64,000 nt of DNA from an uncultured Chloracidobacterium sp. Its GTDB lineage: Bacteria; Acidobacteriota; Blastocatellia; Chloracidobacteriales; Chloracidobacteriaceae. Shown one piece after another: positions 1 through 9,581 of this stretch (position 1 is its first letter; every line of letters starts with the position of its first letter). Position numbers and translations under genes: made by a program. The notes beneath the pieces were generated by a model that was not told where the DNA came from, did no database searches, and saw only the letters and a program-made list of their open reading frames with translations. Location: assembly GCA_937966115.1 (NCBI GenBank), contig CALCKX010000002.1, positions 19,988 through 83,987 on the forward strand, in the 5' to 3' direction.

Positions 1-1
1 C

Positions 2-1312
2 ATTGACCGGCGCTTTTTCCGCGAGGCGTACAAGACGCAGCAGGTGCTTAGCAATCTGGCGACCTCCGTCCGCCAAGCGACCAACATCGATGAAATGCTG
101 CGCCGCGTGGCGGCGACGGTGGACTCCGCTCTCCATGTCAAGACGATTGGCTTCCTCCTGCACCCGACCCTGCTTGGCGCGACCGCGACGAGCGCGGCCG
201 ACAACGGCGCGCCGCCCATGTTACGGGGCTTCGCCTGTCGCTTTGGCCCAAACGCATCCAGCATTATCGAGTCAGAGCTGCTGTTTCCGACGACTTCGCC
301 GCTGATAGCCAAGCTGCGCCGCGAGCCGGAGCCCTTTGATCTCGATCCGGAAGCCACCGATGGCATCCCCTACGGCAAGCATCCCACCTTTCGGCGGCTG
401 GATTCCAATCTGCTTGTGCCGCTGGTGTCCGGCGACAACCTGCTGGGCGTCTTCAGCCTTGGACCCAAGCTGTCGGGCGAGCCATACACCAGCGAAGATA
501 AATCGCTTCTGATGACCGTCGCGGAGTCGGTGGCGCTGCGACTCGACAATGCGCAGCTCGTGCGTCGCCTGACGGCGGAGGCGACGCTGCGTCGCGAGCT
601 GGAGATCGCCCGCGATATGCAGCAGCAACTGCTGCCCGCCGCGCCCCCGACGATTCCGGGCGTTGCCGTTACGGGCATTTCGCTTCCCGCCAGCGACGTG
701 GGCGGAGATTACTATGACTTTTTCATTCTCGGCCCGCACCGCTTGGCCGTGGCCATTGGCGATGTGACCGGACACGGCGTTTCATCAGGGCTGATGATGG
801 CGCTGGCCAAGGGCGGACTGCACAATCAAGTCCGCAATGACGCTCACCCATCGGCGGTCATGGCGGCCATGAATCAGCTCATCGCCGTGTCAGGCGGCAA
901 GCGCGATCTGATGACGCTCGCCTATGCGGTCATTGACACGTCCAGGCGCTCGCTCGAAATCGCCAACGCTGGACACCCCTTCGCCTATCGCTACTGCGCC
1001 GCGACGGGCCAGGTCGAGGCAATTGAGCACGGCGCGTACCCGCTTGGCGCGCGTCTCGCTGGACAGTACCCTACGCGGCAACTGACCTATCACCCCGGCG
1101 ACACGCTGGCGTTCTACACTGACGGACTGGTAGAAGCGCGCAACCGCCAGGGCGAGGTCTTTGGCTTCGAGCGGCTCGAGCGACTCATCGCCCAGCGCGG
1201 CGCCAGCCCGGCGACCGAACTGCAAGCGACGCTCTTACAAGCGCTGCGCTCCTTCTTAGGCGACTCGCCCGCCGAAGATGACGTCACCCTGGTCATTATC
1301 CGCTTCGAGTGA
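2..1312 (+). CDS. GAF + PP2C/SpoIIE (RsbU-like) phosphoserine phosphatase, 5'-truncated by the window edge
   Basis: Frame open from base 2 (IDRRFFREAY...). GAF-like 'LLVPL...LLGVFSLGPKLSGEPYTSED'. SpoIIE motifs 'ELEIARDMQ', 'VGGDYYD', 'GDVTGHG', 'NAGH', 'YTDGLVEA', 'DDVT'. Confidence 0.92.
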   Translation: MDRRFFREAYKTQQVLSNLATSVRQATNIDEMLRRVAATVDSALHVKTIGFLLHPTLLGATATSAADNGAPPMLRGFACRFGPNASSIIESELLFPTTSPLIAKLRREPEPFDLDPEATDGIPYGKHPTFRRLDSNLLVPLVSGDNLLGVFSLGPKLSGEPYTSEDKSLLMTVAESVALRLDNAQLVRRLTAEATLRRELEIARDMQQQLLPAAPPTIPGVAVTGISLPASDVGGDYYDFFILGPHRLAVAIGDVTGHGVSSGLMMALAKGGLHNQVRNDAHPSAVMAAMNQLIAVSGGKRDLMTLAYAVIDTSRRSLEIANAGHPFAYRYCAATGQVEAIEHGAYPLGARLAGQYPTRQLTYHPGDTLAFYTDGLVEARNRQGEVFGFERLERLIAQRGASPATELQATLLQALRSFLGDSPAEDDVTLVIIRFE

Positions 1313-1601
1313 GTCGCGGATGCGCCCGCGACGCTGGGGACGCCTTCCCTCATCGCTTCTGAAACCTTCCGGCCACACGCCTTCCAGGAGGTCATTGCTT
1401 CGCCAAGCAAGCTGTCCTAGACTCGCCTGGGGGTTTCAGCGTCCAAGCTCAGGATGACAACCGCCTTGCGCGCAGTTCAGATGCAGCTCAGAATTCAGCC
1501 GCCGCCTACCAGCAGTTACGCCGCTCAGTAGCCGCGCTGCGCGGGAGACCCCAAGCAGTGAACAGCCTTGGCGAAAAGACGCCTGACAACCCTGACTCAC
1601 T

Positions 1602-3839
1602 ATGGAACTTTTCAAAAATGTCCGGCGACAAGTTGCCAGCCAGCTCGACCAGATGAAGCTCGCTCGCGAGATCGAGCAGCTCCTGAATATCGTCCGCGAT
1701 AACCCGCACAATGTCGACGCGCTGAAGCGACTGGCTGAAGCCTATCAGGAAAGCGGCAACCTCGAAGCGGCTGTGAGCCACTTCCTGCGCCTTGCCGACG
1801 CCTACCGCAGCGGCAAGCAGTACGAGCTGGCGCTCGTGTTCTACCGCAAGGTGGAGCGCATGGTTGAAGCGTCCCAGCGGGCCACGATTTTGAAGCACAT
1901 CGTCAACATTTACTTTGAGACGCGCCAGTTTGACCGGGCGTATGATTACTGTCGCCAGGTTATCGGGCTGTACCTCGAGGAGCAGCAATCGGAAGCCGCC
2001 ATGGGCTTTCTCAAAATGCTGCCGGGCTTCGGGGAAAAGGATGCCGATTACCGCAAAGAGCTGCGCGAGATGATTCAGGAGCGCAGCGAGAAGTGGATGC
2101 AAGGCGCGAAGGCGACCTGGGTCACGGAGGAAAACAGCGCCCGCGCGACGAAGGATCAGGATGACTTCTCCGACCGCTTGGTGGTGCTGGTGGATGACGA
2201 GCCGCACGTGCTGATGATTCTGGAGAAAATCATTAAGCCGCTCGGCTGCCAGATCATGACCGCGAGCAATGGACTGGAAGCGCTGTCTATCATTCGCGAA
2301 CATGCGCCGGCGCTCATCATCTCCGATCTCATGATGCCCAAAATGGATGGCAGCCAGCTTTTCGCGGCGCTCCAGAGCGAGCCCAACCTGTCTAAGATTC
2401 CGTTTGTTTGCCTGTCTTCGCGAGCGCAGGAAGACGAAAAGGTTTCCGCGCTCGAGCTTGGCGTCGAGGATTACTGGGCCAAGCCGTTTAGCGTCAAGGA
2501 AATTCCGCTCAAGATCAAGCGCATTCTCAAGCGCCAGCCGGCAGCGACGCGCATTGGCGGCCATTTGTCGCACACCAGCGTGACGGACCTGCTCAATCAA
2601 ATGGAGCGCGAGCACAAGGAGGGCGTGATTAAGATTGTGACGCCCAACCAGAAAACCGGCAGCATTTACTTCAAGGATGGCGCGGCCGTGGATGCCGAAA
2701 GCGACGGCTTCACCGGCCTGGCGGCGATCATTCACATGATGCAGTGGTCGGATGGCAGTTACGCTTTCACGCAGCAGTCCGTCGCTCGCCCCAATGTGAT
2801 CAACATGCGGGCATCGGAGCTGATTCTGGAGGCGCTGCATCGCTATGACGAAGAGCAGGGCCTCCTGGCTTCCCTGCCTCCGCCAGATACGCTGGCCCTG
2901 CCGCCGCCCAGCTTCGATGTCTCGTGGTTCGCCGGCTTCCCGCCCGAAAAGGCGCGCCAACTAATGGCGCTTTTGGATGGGGAGCGGACGGTCGGGGCGT
3001 GTATCGAGCAGGCCCGCCACGACATTGACCTGCTACGCATGCTGTCCATCCTCTGGTCGCCGAACGCCCGCAACCCGCTGCCGCCGAGCAGCTACAGCGA
3101 GCCGGCTGCGCCGGCGCTCCCGACCTATCCGCCCGCATCGGGCGCGCTCAGCTATCCGCCGAATCAGCCATACTACGGCGGGGGCGGCTATCCGCCGCCG
3201 ACCAACGCGCCGCTATCGCCGGCGTCGCCCCATGTCACGCAGGGGGGAGGCTCATTTCCGTCCGTTCCTCCGGGGCATTTGGCGCCAAGCCCTCCGGTCT
3301 CTTATACGCCCGCCAGCTATGGACAGAGCGGCTATTCGCCGCCATCCTATTCGCTGCCGCCAGCGGTCTATGCGCCGCCCGCTCAGCCGCCGCCATCCTA
3401 TTCACCGCCGCCGCCGTCCTATTCACCGCCGCCGGCGGTCTATGCGCCGCCCGCTCAGCCGCCGCCGTCCTATTCGCCGCCGGCGGCTTATGCGCCCCCG
3501 CCCGCGACCTCCGAGCCAGCCCCCGCCCCGGCAGCGCCGGCTTACCCTGGGCCGAACGCGCCGCTGGCGGCGCAGTCTCCGCCTGCGATGCAAGGGGAAT
3601 ACCGAGTGACATTCACCGACCCGGCAGCGGAGGAAACGCTCGCTAAGCAACTCTATGAGGCGGTCATCATGGCCAAGCGGCAATGCGGCGAATCGCTTCA
3701 GGATTTTACATTCGCCCGCTTTCATCGAATCTTGTGCGAGCAATCAGTGAAAATTAAGAGCCAGCTCAAATGCACCCATATCTCTTTCTCAGTCTCGGTT
3801 GATAACGGACGCGTCAAGTTCATCGCCAAAGGTCTTTGA
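1602..3839 (+). CDS. Multidomain response regulator: TPR - REC - DUF4388 (PatA-N-like) - Pro/Tyr/Ser-rich linker - C-terminal domain resembling MXAN_5187-C
   Basis: N-terminal TPR-like helices; REC motifs 'LVDDE', 'SDLMMPKMDG', 'AKPF'; DUF4388-like 'GHLSHTSVTDLL...GSIYFKDG...W.DG.Y.F'; C-terminal 'LYEAVIMAKRQCGE...FSVSVDNGRVKFIAK'. Confidence 0.75.
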   Translation: MELFKNVRRQVASQLDQMKLAREIEQLLNIVRDNPHNVDALKRLAEAYQESGNLEAAVSHFLRLADAYRSGKQYELALVFYRKVERMVEASQRATILKHIVNIYFETRQFDRAYDYCRQVIGLYLEEQQSEAAMGFLKMLPGFGEKDADYRKELREMIQERSEKWMQGAKATWVTEENSARATKDQDDFSDRLVVLVDDEPHVLMILEKIIKPLGCQIMTASNGLEALSIIREHAPALIISDLMMPKMDGSQLFAALQSEPNLSKIPFVCLSSRAQEDEKVSALELGVEDYWAKPFSVKEIPLKIKRILKRQPAATRIGGHLSHTSVTDLLNQMEREHKEGVIKIVTPNQKTGSIYFKDGAAVDAESDGFTGLAAIIHMMQWSDGSYAFTQQSVARPNVINMRASELILEALHRYDEEQGLLASLPPPDTLALPPPSFDVSWFAGFPPEKARQLMALLDGERTVGACIEQARHDIDLLRMLSILWSPNARNPLPPSSYSEPAAPALPTYPPASGALSYPPNQPYYGGGGYPPPTNAPLSPASPHVTQGGGSFPSVPPGHLAPSPPVSYTPASYGQSGYSPPSYSLPPAVYAPPAQPPPSYSPPPPSYSPPPAVYAPPAQPPPSYSPPAAYAPPPATSEPAPAPAAPAYPGPNAPLAAQSPPAMQGEYRVTFTDPAAEETLAKQLYEAVIMAKRQCGESLQDFTFARFHRILCEQSVKIKSQLKCTHISFSVSVDNGRVKFIAKGL
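3345..3500 (+). repeat. Imperfect coding tandem repeats (PAVYAPPAQPPPSYSPP x2 plus SYSPP units)
   Basis: Duplicated 'gcggtctatgcgccgcccgctcagccgccgcc(a/g)tcctattc' and several 'tcctattc(a/g)ccgccg' units. Confidence 0.85.
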
Positions 3840-3885
3840 CATAGCCTTTTCAGGCCGGCTGTAAAGCGCCTCGCACTCCCTTACA

Positions 3886-5199
3886 ATGAGCCGCCGAATT
3901 CTCATTGCTGACGACCACGTTCCAACCCGCCGCGACCTGCAAGCCTTTTTCCAGCAACGGGGGTTTGAAGTCGTCGCCGTTGGCAACGGCGACCTCGCGG
4001 CGCGCCGGGCCGGGGAAATGCGTCCCGACTTGGTCGTTCTGGATGTTCTGATGCCTGGCAAGACTGGCTATGAGGCTTGTCGCCACATCAAGCAGGTGCT
4101 CAAGCTGGAATTGCCTGTCCTGATGATCCATCACGATGGCGAGCCATTTGATCGCCTGGAAGCGCAGCGCGTCGGCGCGGATGAGACCCTTGTCAAGCCC
4201 ATAGACCCTTTCGCGCTGCTCGAAACGATCAACGCGCTCTGGCGCAAGTATGGGCGGGCGCCCGTCGGCTTTGATTCCGGGGATTTCTCCGAAGCGGTTC
4301 AGGAAGAGGACCTCGAGGCCGCTTTTGGAAACGGGCAGGCCGGGACGCCAGCGCTCCCAGCGGCGGCCGGCGTCCCGGATAGAGAGTCGCCGGCGGCGGC
4401 AGCCGACTTGGCGCTTCCGCCGCCCGCCGCCGACCCGCCGCCGGCGCCGGTCATCTCGCCATCCGTTCCAACCGGCCCGCTGGCGACGCCTGCGGAAGCC
4501 GAAGCGGAAGTCGCCGCCGCGCGCACGCCAACCAGCGAGCTGCCCGATCCGTACTCGGTTGTCGCCAGCGACGGCTATGCCTCCTACTTTGAGGATGAGG
4601 CGCCGGCTCAGCCGCTGGCGCCCGCCGGTCTCGCTTCGGATCAGCCGGCTCAGCCGATTTCCGCCGCGCCCGTGACAGAAACCGTCCCCGTGACAGAAAC
4701 CGTCATTGACCAGGCGCTTTCCTTCACCGATCCCTACCCCTCGACGAACTTCTTTGCGCCAATTCCTACGCAAGCCAGCGAGGGCGTCAGCTTTAGCCTG
4801 CCGGAACGCATCACGACCGAGCTTCAGCCCCCTGACCCGGCCGCCGGGCTGAGCATCCGCTTTGACCCGGGAAACGCCGCCGTCCATATCGGCGGACTTT
4901 ATGAAGTGACGGAAGTCGAGTTGCCGGAAAGCGCCACGCAGGAAATCCCGCTCGCTTCGCCGCCGATAGCGGAAACGCTTGACGAGGCGGATGTGTCGAG
5001 CGACGGCATCGCCCCTGAAGAGGTCGCGCTGCTTCAGGAAACTGGCACTGACATTCTCGCCGCCGCCGCCGTGATCGTGTCCGTGACGCCGACCTCTGAA
5101 GGGGCGCGCCCCGCGTCGCCATCCCAAGAATGCCCGCACTGCGGCGGTCGCGTCTTTGAGAGCGACATCCTCTGTCCGCACTGCAACGAGATGCTTTAG
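3886..5199 (+). CDS. Response regulator with a long acidic Pro/Ala-rich linker and a C-terminal double zinc ribbon
   Basis: REC 'LIADD', 'LDVLMPGKTG', 'VKP'; C-terminus 'CPHCGG...CPHCNE'. Confidence 0.8.
   Translation: MSRRILIADDHVPTRRDLQAFFQQRGFEVVAVGNGDLAARRAGEMRPDLVVLDVLMPGKTGYEACRHIKQVLKLELPVLMIHHDGEPFDRLEAQRVGADETLVKPIDPFALLETINALWRKYGRAPVGFDSGDFSEAVQEEDLEAAFGNGQAGTPALPAAAGVPDRESPAAAADLALPPPAADPPPAPVISPSVPTGPLATPAEAEAEVAAARTPTSELPDPYSVVASDGYASYFEDEAPAQPLAPAGLASDQPAQPISAAPVTETVPVTETVIDQALSFTDPYPSTNFFAPIPTQASEGVSFSLPERITTELQPPDPAAGLSIRFDPGNAAVHIGGLYEVTEVELPESATQEIPLASPPIAETLDEADVSSDGIAPEEVALLQETGTDILAAAAVIVSVTPTSEGARPASPSQECPHCGGRVFESDILCPHCNEML
4669..4704 (+). repeat. 18-bp perfect tandem duplication (PVTETV x2)
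   Basis: cccgtgacagaaaccgtc occurs twice in tandem. Confidence 0.9.
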
Positions 5200-5215
5200 T
5201 CGCCAACCAGGGGAG

Positions 5216-6544
5216 CTACTCGAACAGGCTGTCGACGAACGCTTCCGGCGAGAAGACGGTCAAGTCATCGAGTTGCTCGCCCGTGCCGATATAGCGGATC
5301 GGCAGGCCGAGCTCGCGGGCGATGGCGACGACAATGCCGCCCTTGGCGGTTCCATCGAGCTTTGTGAGCACGAGGCCCGTCACAGGCACGGATTTGGCGA
5401 ACTGTCGGGCTTGCTCCAGCCCATTTTGCCCAGTCGCGGCATCGAGCACGAGCAGCACCTCGTGGGGCGCTTGCGGAACCTCCCGCCGGGCGATACGGGA
5501 CATCTTTTCCAGCTCGTTCATCAGGTTGACCTTGTTGTGCAGTCGCCCCGCCGTGTCCACGATCACCACGTCGGCGTCGCGCGACTTGGCCGCCTGCATG
5601 GCGTCATAGACCACTGCGGCCGGATCGGTTCCCGGCTTTTGCTGGATAATCGGGATGCCGACTCGCTCGGCCCAAACCGTCAGCTGGTCAGCCGCCGCCG
5701 CCCGAAAGGTATCCGCCGCGCAAACGATGACCTCGTTCCCTTCGCGCTTGATGAGATTCGCCAGCTTGGCGATAGTCGTCGTCTTCCCGACGCCATTCAC
5801 GCCAACGACCATCATGACGTAGGGGCGAATATCCAATGACAAGTCGCTTTCCGAGCGGACGGCGCGGCCAGATACGGATTTCACCGGCGAGCGCAGCAAG
5901 GCGAGCAGCTCCTGGCGCAGCGCCCGCTTGAGCTCGTCGGTGTCGCTGAGCAGCTTGCGGTCCGCCTGGGCGCGGATTTTCTCGACGAGATCGAGCGTAG
6001 TGCGAACGCCGATATCGGCCCCGATCAGAATTTCCTCCAGCTCGTCCAGCACTTCAGGACTGATGACTTTCTTGCCGCGCACCAGCGTGTCGAGCCGCCC
6101 TACAAGGTTCTGCCGCGTTCGCTGCACGGCGTTTTTCATACGCAGCAGGAAAGTCTCGCGCGGCGCTTCAGCCGCGACCGCTGAAGCCGGCGCGGGCGGA
6201 GCCGGCGCGGGCGCGGGCGCGCTCACTTTGTCAGCGGTCGGGGTCGCCGCGGAGCCTGTTCCGAACCACCGCGATAGCAGTCCGCGCGCTTCTTTCTCGA
6301 CCGGCGCTTCCGGCGGCGGCGCGACCTCAGCCGCCGGGGGCGGGCTGGCTGGCTCGACTGACCGCGCCAGCGGCGGCGGCGCCTCGGCGGGCGGCGCCAT
6401 GAGCGGCGGCGGCTCGCTCGCGGCTTCAGGCTGAGCTGCGGCGACCTGCGACTGGATGACCGGAATCGGCTCGCTGCCAAAAAGCGTGGTCAGACCAGCC
6501 CGCTCAGCCGGCGTTTCATCCTTTTTCCGTCTCCAGAACAGCAT
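5216..6544 (-). CDS. ftsY: Signal recognition particle receptor FtsY
   Basis: [34 protein letters not shown]; Pro/Ala-rich N-terminal domain. Confidence 0.97.
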   Translation of the reverse strand: MLFWRRKKDETPAERAGLTTLFGSEPIPVIQSQVAAAQPEAASEPPPLMAPPAEAPPPLARSVEPASPPPAAEVAPPPEAPVEKEARGLLSRWFGTGSAATPTADKVSAPAPAPAPPAPASAVAAEAPRETFLLRMKNAVQRTRQNLVGRLDTLVRGKKVISPEVLDELEEILIGADIGVRTTLDLVEKIRAQADRKLLSDTDELKRALRQELLALLRSPVKSVSGRAVRSESDLSLDIRPYVMMVVGVNGVGKTTTIAKLANLIKREGNEVIVCAADTFRAAAADQLTVWAERVGIPIIQQKPGTDPAAVVYDAMQAAKSRDADVVIVDTAGRLHNKVNLMNELEKMSRIARREVPQAPHEVLLVLDAATGQNGLEQARQFAKSVPVTGLVLTKLDGTAKGGIVVAIARELGLPIRYIGTGEQLDDLTVFSPEAFVDSLFE

Positions 6545-6583
6545 GGTTATCCTTCAGCGGCCATCTCGCCGGCGGCTTGGCGA

Positions 6584-9355
6584 TCAACGGTCGCGGATGG
6601 GGCTCTCGCGCTTGGGCGGCTCGCGCCGCGGCGGCTTGGACGGCTCATCCGTCACAAAAGACGGCTTTTTGACGGTCGGCTTGGAGGGCGACTGAGGCGC
6701 GGCGCTATCGCTCGGCGCGTCGCGCCGTTGGGCGCGCTTGGCGGATTGCGCTTCATCCACGGCCGTCTGCCCGAAGGCTTCCTCGATGAGCGTTCGCTCG
6801 CGGCGCGGCTTGGGGGCGTTCTCCTCGCGGGGCGGCGCTTCCCGCCCGGAAGCCGCCTGCTTGGCCGACGAAGCCCCGGTATCCTCCATCAAGGAGGCCA
6901 CGCCGCTTTCCAGCTCCTTGCGCTCCTGGCGGTCGCGCTCGGCTTGCAGCTTTTCGAGCGCCGTGTCCGGCGCGGGGGACTTGTCGAAGGCTTCGAGGGG
7001 CTTGCCCTGGAGGTAAAGCTTCATAAACTCGATCCACATCGGCAACGCCGCCTCGCTGCCCGTCTCGCCGCGCCCGAGCGTGCGCTTTTCGCCCGGATAG
7101 CCAATCCAGACGCCGCAGGTCAGCGACGGCGTATAGCCGATGAACCAAGCGTCGGTCCAGTCATTGACCGTGCCCGTCTTGCCCCCGAGCTGGCGCTTGT
7201 TGAGGTCGCCCTCGGCGACGGCGCGGATTTTCGACGCCGTTCCGCCGTCAATGACGCCGCGCATCATATCCACCATCTGGGCCGCGACATAGGCCGACAC
7301 CACCCGCGACTCGCGCTCTGGCTCATCCTTGTCGAAATCGAACAGCGTCCGTCCGTCATAGTCGAGAATGCGCCGAATCAGATGCGGCTTGGCCCGCTTC
7401 CCCTGATTTGGAAAGACGGAATAGGCGGAGACCATCTCAATCAGCGGCACTTCCGTCGCGCCCAGCGCGGACGGCAAATAGGGCGCCATCGGGTTGGTGA
7501 TGCCAAACCGGCGCACGATTTCCGCGCCGCGCCGGATCCCCACATTGGCCAGCAGCCGGACAGCCGGGATGTTCCGCGACTTGGCCAGGGCGACGCGCAG
7601 CGGAATCGAGCCGGTAAACCCGCCATCGTAGTTGCGCGGCGACCAGTTGCCCGACTGGAAAGGCGTGTCGGCAATGAGATCATCCGGCGTCCATCCGTTT
7701 TCGATGGCGGCCGCGTAGATGAACGGCTTGAAGCAGGAGCCGGTCTGCCGATTGGCCTGCGTGGCGTTGTTGAACTTGGACTGCGAGAAGTCGTAGCCAC
7801 CCACCATGGCTTTGACTTCGCCGGTCTGGGCGTTGAGGCAGAGCATCGCGCCCGCGATAGCCGGCAGCGAGCGCAACTCGACCTGAAGCGTTCTGTCGCT
7901 TGCAACCGTCTCGGCGACCGGCTTGCCCAGCCCCTTGCCCGTTTCCCTGCCTGTCGCCTTGCCTGGCTCCTTGCTTAGCTCGCGCTCTCCGCCCTTGCGC
8001 GCCGCCGCCGCCGCGGGAGGCGCGCCGGGCGCGGCCTCCGTTACCGGCGCGAAGGCGTTTCGGCGCGGCGCGCCGCTTTTGATGAGAAACATCGGCAGGT
8101 CGCCTTCGCGCAGCGGGCGCTCCGGCGAAAACGTCACCGTGGCGCGGTATTTCCCAAACGAGACTTCCGCCGTCCGTCCGACGACGCGGGTGACAAGGCC
8201 GTGCAAGTACATGCCGTTGAATGGCTCATAGGCCCACTCCGGGTGGCGATAGGCGGATAGGTCCTTGCCCTTCAGCTCCTCGAGGACATTGGGGATTGGC
8301 GCGTCGCGGCGCGACCCGCCATGACGCTCCTCATAGCGGTGAATCCCCCACCGCACGGCATTGACCGCGTGAATCTGCGCCGGCGCGTCAATCGTCGTAA
8401 TGACCTGAAGACCGCCAGTATGCGTTCCGCGCGTGCCAAAGCGGCTCTCGAGCTCGCGCCGCACCTCCTCGACGACGTGGGCGAACGGGCCGCTGGCGTT
8501 GAGCTCGCGCGCCGACGTGACGTTGAGCTCCAAATCGGTCGCTTTGGCCGCCTCGGCCTCGGCCGCCGTGATGTAGCCCGATTCCAGCATGCTCGCGATC
8601 ACCAAGTTGCGCCGGCGCTTGGCTTCCTGCGGCTTGAGGATTGGCGAGTAGCCGGAAGGCGCCTTGGGGATGGCCGCCAGCAGGGCGCACTCCTCAATCG
8701 AGCAGTCCTTGACGGATTTGCCAAAGTAGTATTGCGCGCCGGCCTCGACGCCATACGCGCCGCCGCCGAGATTAATCTGGTTGCAGTACAGCTCCATGAT
8801 TTGCTCCTTGCTGTACTGCCGCTCAATTTGCAGCGCCAGAACGGCCTCCCGGATTTTACGCTCGAGGGTTCGTTCCGGCGAGAGGAACAAAATCTTGGTG
8901 AGCTGCTGGGTCAGCGTCGAGCCGCCCTCGATGGCGCGCCCGGCCAGAAAGTTTTTCCAGGTCGCGCGCGCCAGGCCAATTGGGTCCACCCCCCAGTGCT
9001 GCTCAAAGCGCGAATCCTCAATGGCCATGATCGCCTGCCGCATCCGCGGCGGGATTTCCTCATAGGCGAGCGGGACGCGCCGCTCAAGGGCGAATTCGCC
9101 GATGACCGTGCGCCCGTCGTCGGCGTAAACCCGCGTCACGACGCTCGGCTGAAAGTCGGCGAGCGCCGCCACTTGGCGCTGGTCGTCCGTCGTGGCGAAC
9201 CACTGCAAGAACAAAAACATCGCCAGCGCCCCGCCCGCCGCCGAAACCGCGAGCGACAGCGGCCAAACCAATTGGCGACGCCAGCTGGAGGGCGGGGTTG
9301 CCGTCAACGGAGCCGGCGATTCGTCAAGACGAGACAGCTTCAGAGCGTTTGGCAT
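6584..9355 (-). CDS. mrcA: Class A penicillin-binding protein 1A (transglycosylase/transpeptidase)
   Basis: N-terminal TM; AIEDSRF, GGSTLTQQL, RKIRE; transpeptidase SCFK, SRN, KTGT. Confidence 0.93.
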   Translation of the reverse strand: MPNALKLSRLDESPAPLTATPPSSWRRQLVWPLSLAVSAAGGALAMFLFLQWFATTDDQRQVAALADFQPSVVTRVYADDGRTVIGEFALERRVPLAYEEIPPRMRQAIMAIEDSRFEQHWGVDPIGLARATWKNFLAGRAIEGGSTLTQQLTKILFLSPERTLERKIREAVLALQIERQYSKEQIMELYCNQINLGGGAYGVEAGAQYYFGKSVKDCSIEECALLAAIPKAPSGYSPILKPQEAKRRRNLVIASMLESGYITAAEAEAAKATDLELNVTSARELNASGPFAHVVEEVRRELESRFGTRGTHTGGLQVITTIDAPAQIHAVNAVRWGIHRYEERHGGSRRDAPIPNVLEELKGKDLSAYRHPEWAYEPFNGMYLHGLVTRVVGRTAEVSFGKYRATVTFSPERPLREGDLPMFLIKSGAPRRNAFAPVTEAAPGAPPAAAAARKGGERELSKEPGKATGRETGKGLGKPVAETVASDRTLQVELRSLPAIAGAMLCLNAQTGEVKAMVGGYDFSQSKFNNATQANRQTGSCFKPFIYAAAIENGWTPDDLIADTPFQSGNWSPRNYDGGFTGSIPLRVALAKSRNIPAVRLLANVGIRRGAEIVRRFGITNPMAPYLPSALGATEVPLIEMVSAYSVFPNQGKRAKPHLIRRILDYDGRTLFDFDKDEPERESRVVSAYVAAQMVDMMRGVIDGGTASKIRAVAEGDLNKRQLGGKTGTVNDWTDAWFIGYTPSLTCGVWIGYPGEKRTLGRGETGSEAALPMWIEFMKLYLQGKPLEAFDKSPAPDTALEKLQAERDRQERKELESGVASLMEDTGASSAKQAASGREAPPREENAPKPRRERTLIEEAFGQTAVDEAQSAKRAQRRDAPSDSAAPQSPSKPTVKKPSFVTDEPSKPPRREPPKRESPIRDR

Positions 9356-9454
9356 ATGCGGCGTTTGCCTTCGAAGTCACGGATGGCGCATCGCCAGGGG
9401 ATTATTCGCCAGGTCGCCGGGTTGCGCAATCCAGACTGGGCGCGGCCTTGGGTC

Positions 9455-9552
9455 TGGCGAAGGCGTGTGGGAGTCGAACCCACCCATCCGCGCTTCCGCG
9501 CGGACGCGACGGATTTGAAGTCCGCGACGGCCACCCGACCGCATGCGCCTCC
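9455..9552 (-). tRNA. selC: tRNA-Sec (anticodon UCA)
   Basis: Reverse complement GGAGGCGC AT GCGGTC GGGT GGCCGT C GCGGA CTTCAAA TCCGT ... TCCGCGC GGAA GCGCGGA ... GTGGG TTCGACT CCCAC ACGCCTTC G CCA. Shows a 6-bp D stem with 4-nt loop, UCA anticodon, long variable arm, 8-nt acceptor strand, G discriminator and encoded CCA. Confidence 0.95.
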
Positions 9553-9581
9553 GCAAGAGGGAACGACGCCTCCGAGAGCCG

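Noticed and set aside
1506-2960. 484-aa minus-strand ORF, representative of the long antisense ORFs (also 3850-5181, 6728-7978, 8321-9592, 13903-15081, 40044-41894, 50762-53011, 53852-55705)
   Set aside because: Shadow frames opposite well-supported genes, expected with high-GC codon bias; no recognisable motifs.
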